Origin: Geotalea daltonii FRC-32
GTDB lineage: Bacteria; Desulfobacterota; Desulfuromonadia; Geobacterales; Geobacteraceae
NCBI RefSeq assembly: GCF_000022265.1
Contig: NC_011979.1
Location: forward strand, 3,630,001 to 3,662,000
Length of the DNA stretch: 32,000 nt
Reading direction: 5' to 3'
Positions within the stretch are counted from its first letter, which is position 1, and each line of letters starts with the position of its first letter. Positions 15,996-23,421 of this stretch are shown piece by piece. The position numbers and the translations under genes are program-made. The notes under the pieces are model-generated. The model saw only the letters and a list, made by a program, of their open reading frames with translations, searched no databases and had not been told where the DNA came from.

Positions 15996-18900
15996 TCAGT
16001 TCAAACAAAAAGTTATATCCAGGTCCTCATTCAACTTGGCCCTGCTCTGGAATACCTGCCCCGCACTTCCCAGGACGGCGTTTGAGCCAAAGCCAACCTG
16101 GAGTACAGCGGCCCTTTTTCCGAACAGATCATTCTGAAACCATTTCCAATCGTAGACGTCGGTTACCGTTCCGACGACATGCACACCGTTGATACATAAA
16201 TGTCCAGATTGATCTTCAAGATTGGCATTAATAGTGGTAAGTTCAACTGTTGCCGTCCCGTAGGCCAAGCCAAGATCGTTCAGAATAAACTTGCCGGCAA
16301 TACGTTCCCTGAAGTCTAAGGAAACTGCGTTAGCAAAAGTCGGATAAAGCTGGCCCGGATTAGCGTTAAACCAGGCAACCATTTTCGCCTTCTCGTTACG
16401 CAAAGTCGAATCTATCAACCCTCTGACACTAGGAGCATTGGCAATCTTGGCCATCATCTCCGGGCCTCTTGCTATGTTTTTGTCATAGACTAATTCCGGA
16501 ATGTCCGCCGAGCAGTCCGCCCTCAGGTAAGCCCCTGAATTAAGGTCAAGCTGTCCAGCCGCTAACGGGGCTGTACCTATCGGCCGTAATGGCTGGATCG
16601 GCGCATCAGCCCCCTCACCGATAAACTGCATCAGGAAGGAGGAACCCATCGGTTTTTCCAGTACGCCGGTGGCGCTAAGCAGGAAATAAAGACCCTGCAT
16701 CTCCAAGGGCATGGTCATTACCAGAGCAGCACACGCCGCGTCAGGCCTGGCGATACACTTGAGCCATTGCCTGCTCAGTTCAAAGTCAGCTTTCGAGATC
16801 ACCGTAACAGTAAAGGTGCGTACAATATTGTCACCGGAATCAAAGACGCCGTTGCCATTGATGTCGACACCGACAGATAGCTTATAATCCCGTGTCACGA
16901 GCGCGGAAATGTCGCTGAACGGATCGCCGGACGTGAAGCTTCCCGATTCGGGGAAGGCACTATTTGGAAACGCACTGAAACCCCAGACAAGTTCTGGAGC
17001 CGCACCAGGAGGATCGAGCTCCACGTGCATAGCCACTCGCGCTTTATTGGACGGATCGACGCCAATCACCAGGCTGTCCATCAATTTACCCGGCGCCTGG
17101 TTACAAGGGTTATTGGCATCGTAAGCTTTGACGGTGTTCACGCTGCTTAAAACAACTGGTTTCTTGTCGCCGCGAAGTTCTATGTCCCCCCATCCGTAAT
17201 TCAACACCACTGTTGCATCATAGCTGCTGTTGGTGTCATACCAGAAGCCTTTAGATAAAGTCGCGAAGCCGTTCCCGCTCACTTCCGTGGGGATTGACGC
17301 TATGGTCTCACCATTTTTGGTAATCACCACGTAGGCCGACCCAGCCTTATAGTCGGCAGGTTCAATGGAATAGGCAGCCTTCACGTCGTTGTACGAATAC
17401 CCCTTAATATCCAGGAAAGCCCGGGTTGGCGTTTTCGACACGATTTTGACACCGTATACCGGGATGTTTATGCCGGTGGTTGCTGTAAAATCGACGGTCT
17501 GAATGACATTGCACAATTGGCAAATGGAATAAGTCTTTCTCCCTGAGACGGTGGCCGTCGCCGAAACGGCTACATTGTTGAGCCCCGGAGCCAGGGTATA
17601 TAGCCCCCGGTAAAGCCCTCCCCCCAGGTTGACTCCCGGTTGTCCGCCGAAAGTCACCGTTGCCGATTTGAAATTGGTGTCTATCCGATACTGCCTGTTG
17701 CCGACGATTTTCGTGCAGGTCCTCGGACCGCTGCAATTAAGGGTTTCCAGAATCTCCTTTTCCCCTTCGCGCAAATAGAAAACTCTCGCCTTCAGGGGGA
17801 CGGCAGTACCTGCCTTACCGGCATATATGTTGTTTCCGGCGCTATCTACAGGTTTCGAATAGGTGACGTACAACATGTTGGCTGGCGGCTGATCTCCTCC
17901 ACAATTGCCGTAAGGCTCAGTGGACTGGGTGAATGTCTCTGTCAAATTTCCGGAAGTAACAATGACACTGTATGTGGCATCAGGGACCCCACCCAAAATC
18001 ATGTCGACCGACGCCCCTTGCTTGCTGCTGATATCCTGTAGAGTCATGGTTGGAGTTCCACATTGTCCCCATACCGGAAGATTGGCTGTACAGGTATCCC
18101 CCGTCTTAATCAGGTACCCTTGCCTGCTATCCTGGTTGGGGAGAGTGCAGGTCGAAAGGTTTGATCTGGCGGCCTGCAAGGCAAACTTCACCACACTGTT
18201 GGATATGGGGTTGTCGTACATATCTTCAACCATCACCGACAATGAGCCGGTGTGGGACAGGATCGGCCTGGTTATGTCGTCCCCCAAGGTCTTTTTCAGG
18301 TGGTGAGGGGTTTTGGGAAAGGCATAGGCGGTAAACGGCTTGGCAGTGGGAATTCCTGATGCCAGGGTGGCGTCGATTATGTTTTCGCCGATCTGCTGCG
18401 CGTAGGTATAGCCGTCCTCCCACCAGTAGGTCGGGTTCGCCCCGGTCTTCTCTCCCACAGTCGGGCTGACTGAGGCAATCCCGGCGCGGTTGGTATAGGT
18501 GGTGTAGGATCCTGAATTATAAGCCAGATGGCCCCCTCCTGCACGCACAGTGAAGGTTACGGGGGCATTTTGCACCGCTCTTCCCTGTTTATCGGTAACC
18601 CTTACCTGCAGCCACTTGGGCAGTCTCTCCCCGACCTTCACAAACTGCAAATCTCCTGTCATCTTCTGGATAAACAACGCTGCGTTTTGATCGGGATTGG
18701 GGGGCTCTGTAAAAGGGGTGGTCAGCATGCTCGCATAATAGGCGGGCCACCGGTCGATGCCCCACGCAGTCATCCCGCCGGCTATCATACCGCTTAACAT
18801 GTAGCCGGCCTCGCCGGTCGCAGGATTCTCTTTGATGTATCCGGTACCTGTCCAATCCTGAAAGGAGGTAGCAGCTGCGGGTATTCTTACCAGATAATTT

Positions 18901-21125
18901 TGGGCCACGCTCTGGGTTATATCGGCTTTAATTGCGTCGTCATATGAAAGCGTCGGAAGTACCGTATCGATATTGGTGGAGTCAATGGTCAGCACCTGGC
19001 CCCCCAGTTCTTGGAAAAGCCGCGCCGTCGATATTGCCCCGACCTGAAAATCATCCTCGAACAGCCTGTGCTCCAGCACCGACCCCTGCAGTGCGGAAAA
19101 GAGCATGAAATCCTTCCGTTTTGCCGCAGCAGAGTCGCCGGCGCCTTTTGCCGCTCCAGGATAGATCCGCCGCAGGGCTGCATCCAGGTATACCCCCTTC
19201 CAGGCGAAGCCATGGGGGGTATCGAGGATGTATGAGACATCGATCACGCCACCCAAAATGGCCACCGACGGTATGGGGCGTGCCATCGAGAGGTGCAACA
19301 GTGAAGAGAGTTGCTCCTCAGCTTCATACCAGCGACGGGCGTAGTTTTCCGCCTCCTCAAGCAGAATTCGTTCAGCGTCCACATCCTCCGGTTTGACTTC
19401 CGGCAGAGTGATGGTTTTCTGTGCAACAACAGAGAGCACCGACAGGTTTCCTACGATGTGATTGCCGCTGACAGTCTCGGTTCCACGTGGGCCGACCAGG
19501 GAAACAGTCACGGTGTAATCGCTTCCCATGGGTAGTCCGTCGGTCGCCACCACCATCCGCTCCCCATCCAGCTTCAACACCGGACGCAACCTCACCAGAT
19601 AACTCGGAGTGTTGTCGAGGCCGCCGTAGGAGCTTATTATCTGCTGGTCTTCGACGTTCTCCGGCTCATAGCTTAAAACCAGGCTGCGGTTGGAAACTTT
19701 GAAGGTATCGATAGTGGTTTCGAAAAGTTGCTTGCCATCCCGGTCCGCGGCGGTCACTTTCACCTTGTGGAGCAGCTCATCCGGAATGCTCGAAAGCTCC
19801 TGTGTCACTTTGATTTCTCGAAATTGCAAACTGGCTGGGAGGATTTTGAGCAGTTCCGGTGCGTGGGTCCGGACTCGCAGTAAATTGGCATAGACCAGTT
19901 CCGGATGATTGGTAGTCAAAAAGTCTTCGATTTTTGTTTGGAGAAATTCGACAGGGGTCTGCTGCGACGGCGCGGATAAATAAAGATCACGAGTATCGGC
20001 AAGGGAGATCTCGGGCATGAGATCCCTTGGCGCGTTCCACTGATAGTCGCCACCTTTGATACTCGTGTCCAGGGCGATCCAGGTCCGGCCGGCGCCATCC
20101 TTCATGGTGCCGCGGTAATTCAGATAGGGAACCTGAGTTTCTACCCAGACGTGCTCTATCTGAAAATTGTCTATTTTCGAGCCTGATATGAGCGGCCTGT
20201 ATGGAATCCCCGCATGCCTGAAAAAATTCGCGATCTCCAATGGGTCGTCGATTCCGGTCAAATTCTTCACCCGCTCCATGCCGGGAAAAAACTCTATCAC
20301 ACCTTTGACGTACCGAGCCGGATAACCGGAAGCCCTCAGCAGGGAAACAAGTAGTGCCGCCTGATCACAGTCATTGCCACTTTTCTGGCGCATGGTCTCC
20401 TCTGCGCCCTTCATGCTACCCCAGTACCACTCGGTTTCCACGTTGTTCTTTACCCACTCATAGATGCCGACCGGGTTCCAGTCCAACGATTGTGCCAGAG
20501 CCGCAATTTCCCTGGAAATCGGCGCCTCAGGGGAACCCTTCAGATCAGCGGCACCGACCGCAGTAGCTGCACCATTCCGGTAGGCCGGCAGTAGCGAGGG
20601 GGCATCCGTCGGCTCCACCGCAGGATAATTGATAACTTTGTACGGAAGGGTCCCGAGAATCTGTGTCTTTTTCTTGGGAAGCGAGGTATCGAGAAGCAGT
20701 TCAAGCCTGGCCGCAGCTGAGTCGCTGATCGCCTCGCCTGCCGGTATTTGCTCAAATATGGAGATGATTTCCCCTAGCGCTGCGCGGTAGCGCTCGTTCA
20801 TGGCGTTATGCCGCTCCACTGCAGTTGCAGATACCGATTTTGTCCGTTCCTCTGCCAGTCGGAACCGTTCCGACAGAATCAGGTCTACGGCCTTGATCTG
20901 CTGCAGCAGTTGTTTCAGTAACGCTGTCTCGGTAGCCGTATACCTGCCGGTTTCCCGCATCTTTTTGATGACGGCCCGGCTTTTTTCCGAGATTCCTTGC
21001 AGGTCCTCCTCGATATTGAAGTCCGCTGCGTAAATGAGCATTGGACTGAGAAGGCTGACCAGCAGAATGAGAAGCTGGAAAAAAGGCATGTTTACAGAGC
21101 CAAGGAAGCTGTTTATCGTTTTCAT
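15996..21125 (-). CDS. Giant secreted protein 1 (1709 aa) with transglutaminase-like cysteine-protease core, Big_1-like Ig modules and an unassigned ~320-aa C-terminal domain
   Basis: GAGGGA lies upstream of the ATG at 21125. Signal: ...FFQLLILLVSLLSPMLIYA|AD. The TGase core (about 20046-20513) shows GNDC(253)DQAALLVSLLRASGYPARYVKG, IEH(325)VWVE and IALD(353)TS; the Cys codon is at 20367-20369. Big_1-like segments include LQVRVTDKQGRAVQNAPVTFTVRAGGG and LSVMVEDMYDNPISNSVVKFAL. One DINGNGVFDSGDN loop is present. I cannot place the C-terminal ~320 aa in any family. Confidence 0.88.
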   Translation of the reverse strand: MKTINSFLGSVNMPFFQLLILLVSLLSPMLIYAADFNIEEDLQGISEKSRAVIKKMRETGRYTATETALLKQLLQQIKAVDLILSERFRLAEERTKSVSATAVERHNAMNERYRAALGEIISIFEQIPAGEAISDSAAARLELLLDTSLPKKKTQILGTLPYKVINYPAVEPTDAPSLLPAYRNGAATAVGAADLKGSPEAPISREIAALAQSLDWNPVGIYEWVKNNVETEWYWGSMKGAEETMRQKSGNDCDQAALLVSLLRASGYPARYVKGVIEFFPGMERVKNLTGIDDPLEIANFFRHAGIPYRPLISGSKIDNFQIEHVWVETQVPYLNYRGTMKDGAGRTWIALDTSIKGGDYQWNAPRDLMPEISLADTRDLYLSAPSQQTPVEFLQTKIEDFLTTNHPELVYANLLRVRTHAPELLKILPASLQFREIKVTQELSSIPDELLHKVKVTAADRDGKQLFETTIDTFKVSNRSLVLSYEPENVEDQQIISSYGGLDNTPSYLVRLRPVLKLDGERMVVATDGLPMGSDYTVTVSLVGPRGTETVSGNHIVGNLSVLSVVAQKTITLPEVKPEDVDAERILLEEAENYARRWYEAEEQLSSLLHLSMARPIPSVAILGGVIDVSYILDTPHGFAWKGVYLDAALRRIYPGAAKGAGDSAAAKRKDFMLFSALQGSVLEHRLFEDDFQVGAISTARLFQELGGQVLTIDSTNIDTVLPTLSYDDAIKADITQSVAQNYLVRIPAAATSFQDWTGTGYIKENPATGEAGYMLSGMIAGGMTAWGIDRWPAYYASMLTTPFTEPPNPDQNAALFIQKMTGDLQFVKVGERLPKWLQVRVTDKQGRAVQNAPVTFTVRAGGGHLAYNSGSYTTYTNRAGIASVSPTVGEKTGANPTYWWEDGYTYAQQIGENIIDATLASGIPTAKPFTAYAFPKTPHHLKKTLGDDITRPILSHTGSLSVMVEDMYDNPISNSVVKFALQAARSNLSTCTLPNQDSRQGYLIKTGDTCTANLPVWGQCGTPTMTLQDISSKQGASVDMILGGVPDATYSVIVTSGNLTETFTQSTEPYGNCGGDQPPANMLYVTYSKPVDSAGNNIYAGKAGTAVPLKARVFYLREGEKEILETLNCSGPRTCTKIVGNRQYRIDTNFKSATVTFGGQPGVNLGGGLYRGLYTLAPGLNNVAVSATATVSGRKTYSICQLCNVIQTVDFTATTGINIPVYGVKIVSKTPTRAFLDIKGYSYNDVKAAYSIEPADYKAGSAYVVITKNGETIASIPTEVSGNGFATLSKGFWYDTNSSYDATVVLNYGWGDIELRGDKKPVVLSSVNTVKAYDANNPCNQAPGKLMDSLVIGVDPSNKARVAMHVELDPPGAAPELVWGFSAFPNSAFPESGSFTSGDPFSDISALVTRDYKLSVGVDINGNGVFDSGDNIVRTFTVTVISKADFELSRQWLKCIARPDAACAALVMTMPLEMQGLYFLLSATGVLEKPMGSSFLMQFIGEGADAPIQPLRPIGTAPLAAGQLDLNSGAYLRADCSADIPELVYDKNIARGPEMMAKIANAPSVRGLIDSTLRNEKAKMVAWFNANPGQLYPTFANAVSLDFRERIAGKFILNDLGLAYGTATVELTTINANLEDQSGHLCINGVHVVGTVTDVYDWKWFQNDLFGKRAAVLQVGFGSNAVLGSAGQVFQSRAKLNEDLDITFCLN

Positions 21126-21166
21126 ATTCCCTCGCTAGTTCAGATCAAACCCCTAACTTTGGATAA

Positions 21167-21195
21167 TTAATATTTTGTATATAAAATTTTGTCAA
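21167..21195 (-). promoter_or_regulatory. Candidate sigma70-type promoter of the giant-protein operon
   Basis: On the minus strand: TTGACA (21195-21190), 17 nt, TATTAA (21172-21167), within a strongly AT-rich tract. The implied 5' UTR is about 35 nt. The -10 hexamer lacks the consensus final T. Confidence 0.4.
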
Positions 21196-21544
21196 CAGAT
21201 TAATAAAACATTTTTATATAAATCACTATCCATCATCGTCTGCCTGATCGGCTACGACTGGATCTATCTATAGCGGCCACGAAGAGAATTCCGGGAAAAG
21301 GTTGGTTTACAGCATTCAGTACAGGAGCTGTGATTGCAGGGATATAATAGGTCGCAGAATCGCCGCCGGGCTGGAATAAGATGAAGAATCCTGAGGGGGA
21401 CATCCATGATTAAAATAAAGTAAGTCAAGGGAGTGGTAGTAATTCCCTGGCTCTATAAGCCTAATGAAGATGCAGGACCGGTTTGACATCGCCGGGAACT
21501 ATGCCAGACTTTTTAGTGGGAAGGGGTGCACAAGGAGGAAAAAT

Positions 21545-21832
21545 ATGGCTCAGACAATGCCGAAGATTAAAGTCTGTGACGTTACCGACTGCGCCTACAA
21601 CAATGAGAAAATCTGTCATGCCATGGCAATAACGGTGGGGGATTCTCACCCCACTTGCGATACCTTTACCAATTCATCACAGAAAGCGGGTGTGTCGGAA
21701 ATTACCGGCGGCGTAGGCGCCTGCAAGGTGGACAGCTGCAAGTTCAATCAATCGCTGGAATGTTCCGCCCCCGATATTCAGGTTACTATCCATAAGGACC
21801 ATGCATGCTGCAAAACGTTCACGGAAAGGTAG
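21545..21832 (+). CDS. DUF1540 domain protein (two Cys-rich half-repeats), 95 aa
   Basis: This is the track ORF 21464..21832 trimmed to the ATG at 21545, which is preceded by AAGGAGG (21532-21538). The two modules are CDVTDCAYNNEKICHAMAITVG..HPTCDTF and CKVDSCKFNQSLECSAPDIQVT..HACCKTF. Confidence 0.85.
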   Translation: MAQTMPKIKVCDVTDCAYNNEKICHAMAITVGDSHPTCDTFTNSSQKAGVSEITGGVGACKVDSCKFNQSLECSAPDIQVTIHKDHACCKTFTER

Positions 21833-21880
21833 TTGTGAGCATTTGACAAAAACCACTCCCCCTTCCCGCCTTACCTTATA

Positions 21881-22384
21881 TCAGAACTCCGCGAGGACCA
21901 GCTCTTCCGCGTCCTTGCGGATGGAACGCTGACCAGTGTCTGCAGGATAACCGATGGCTAATACCGCCATCAGCTCCATTTCCGAAGAAACCTGGAGCAG
22001 GCGCCCCACCTCGGCGGCACTTTTGAGGATTTCCCCCAGCCAGACCGCCCCCAGCCCGAGCCCGTGGGCGGCAAGAAGCATGTTCTGCAGGCAGGCGCCC
22101 ATGGCCTGGTGGTCCTTGACATCGTTATACATGACCGTGCGATCGCAAAAAACGGCAATGGCCACCGGTGCACCGCCGATAATGTGCCGGTAACGGGTCA
22201 GGGCTGCCAGCTGCTGCCTTATTTCCGCACTCCTGACGATAACAAACCGCCACGGCTGGTTGTTGAGCCCTGAGGGCGCCCAGGAGCCGGCTTTGACTAT
22301 TTCCAGCACTTGATCCCTGGTTGGTTCTTCATGGGTGTAGCTGCGCACGCTGCGGCGCGAATAGATCCCTTCCATCAAATCCAT
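21881..22384 (-). CDS. Nitroreductase family protein (FMN-dependent)
   Basis: 167 aa. Motifs: RRSVRSYT, APSGLNNQPWRFVIV and GLGAVWLG. GGAGGAAG lies upstream of the ATG. Confidence 0.9.
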   Translation of the reverse strand: MDLMEGIYSRRSVRSYTHEEPTRDQVLEIVKAGSWAPSGLNNQPWRFVIVRSAEIRQQLAALTRYRHIIGGAPVAIAVFCDRTVMYNDVKDHQAMGACLQNMLLAAHGLGLGAVWLGEILKSAAEVGRLLQVSSEMELMAVLAIGYPADTGQRSIRKDAEELVLAEF

Positions 22385-22399
22385 CAGGACACTTCCTCC

Positions 22400-22726
22400 T
22401 TAATCATCGCGAACAACACGTTCCTTTTTTCTCCGTGACACAATTTTTTTCTCGGAGAGCCGTCGCTCTTTGGCCTTTTTAGGCGTTTTGGTGGCGATTC
22501 TTTTTTTTGTTTTTCGCTCCCGCTTGATAAGCGCCTGCTGCAGACGAGACATGGCCAGCTCACGATTTTGCCACTGGGAGCGATTCTCGGCTGCCTGCAC
22601 CACGATGCCCGTGGGCAGGTGGCGGATACGCACGGCGGAATCAGTGGTATTGCGGTGCTGCCCCCCAGGTCCCGAAGCCCGGTAAAACTCCACTTTTATA
22701 TCAGTTTCCTTTATCTCCATTGTCAC
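22400..22726 (-). CDS. Small GGQ-domain peptidyl-tRNA hydrolase, ArfB (YaeJ)-like / release-factor-like protein
   Basis: 108 aa. The sequence [26 protein letters not shown]...[14 protein letters not shown] matches RF domain 3. The lysine/arginine-rich tail [20 protein letters not shown] resembles the ArfB C-terminal tail. The GTG start has GGAG 7 nt upstream. The stop lies 15 nt before the nitroreductase start. Confidence 0.8.
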   Translation of the reverse strand: MTMEIKETDIKVEFYRASGPGGQHRNTTDSAVRIRHLPTGIVVQAAENRSQWQNRELAMSRLQQALIKRERKTKKRIATKTPKKAKERRLSEKKIVSRRKKERVVRDD

Positions 22727-22778
22727 CCGACAACTCCGTTTTAAATCAATAATTATTATTGCGCCTGCTTGTATACAA

Positions 22779-22806
22779 TTGACAGGCAGGCACGCCTCAA
22801 TATAAT
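22779..22806 (+). promoter_or_regulatory. Near-consensus sigma70 promoter (TTGACA-16 nt-TATAAT) upstream of the HD gene
   Basis: TTGACA at 22779-22784 and TATAAT at 22801-22806. The first ATG of the downstream ORF (22816) is only 9 nt past the -10 hexamer. Confidence 0.55.
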
Positions 22807-22815
22807 AGCTTCAAA

Positions 22816-23403
22816 ATGTTGCGGGGTAAACATATGGATGCGGCAGCACTGCTAAAAAAATATTTTTCCAATGAAGCGGCTCTGGAGATTGTGCTGAAAC
22901 ACAGCCGACTGGTCGCCGATAAGGCCCTGGAGGTTGCCGGAGGACTTGGCATACCGATTGACCTGAAATTTATTGAAGAAGCGGCACTGCTGCATGATAT
23001 AGGCGTGTCGCGGGTCCACGCGCCGAAGATGTTCTGTTTCGGCAGCCAGCCCTATATATGTCATGGCATCACCGGCAGAGAGATCCTTGAAACAGAGGGC
23101 TTGCCCCGCCATGCCATGGTATGCGAGCGACATATCGGGGTCGGACTCACCGCGGAGGACATCCGGCGCCAGAAACTGCCCCTGCCGGCCAGGGACATGG
23201 TGCCCCTCTCCCTGGAAGAGGAGATCATCTGCTTTGCCGACCTCTTCTATTCCAAGATTCCCGATTCGGTGACGGTGATGAAATCCAGGGAAGAAGTTCG
23301 CGCTTCACTGGAGAAATTCGGTGAAGGAAAAATCACCATCTTCGACCGCTGGTATGCAAGGCTGTGCCCGCAGCCTGAATGTGCATCCGGTTGTCCTGCC
23401 TGA
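22816..23403 (+). CDS. HD/HDIG-domain metal-dependent phosphohydrolase
   Basis: 195 aa. Motifs: EAALLHDIGV, ICHGITG and CERHIGVGL. The start is either ATG 22816 (possibly leaderless) or ATG 22834. Confidence 0.85.
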   Translation: MLRGKHMDAAALLKKYFSNEAALEIVLKHSRLVADKALEVAGGLGIPIDLKFIEEAALLHDIGVSRVHAPKMFCFGSQPYICHGITGREILETEGLPRHAMVCERHIGVGLTAEDIRRQKLPLPARDMVPLSLEEEIICFADLFYSKIPDSVTVMKSREEVRASLEKFGEGKITIFDRWYARLCPQPECASGCPA

Positions 23404-23421
23404 GTAAAAAGGAGAAACGTT

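Noticed and set aside
4342-21125. The three giants as substrates of the T1SS transporter at 29870.
   Set aside because: All three have classical N-terminal Sec signal peptides and lack RTX GGxGxD nonapeptides. The acidic loops present are D-x-N-G-N-G-x-x-D type. The transporter is 8.7 kb away on the other strand, behind unrelated genes.
21196-21544. A riboswitch, sRNA or sigma54 promoter in the long spacer upstream of DUF1540.
   Set aside because: Only short 4-5-bp hairpins are present (AGGGA...TCCCT, GGCT...AGCC). A TGGC-N8-GC string has the wrong spacing for the -24/-12 consensus. Nothing there can be supported from sequence alone.
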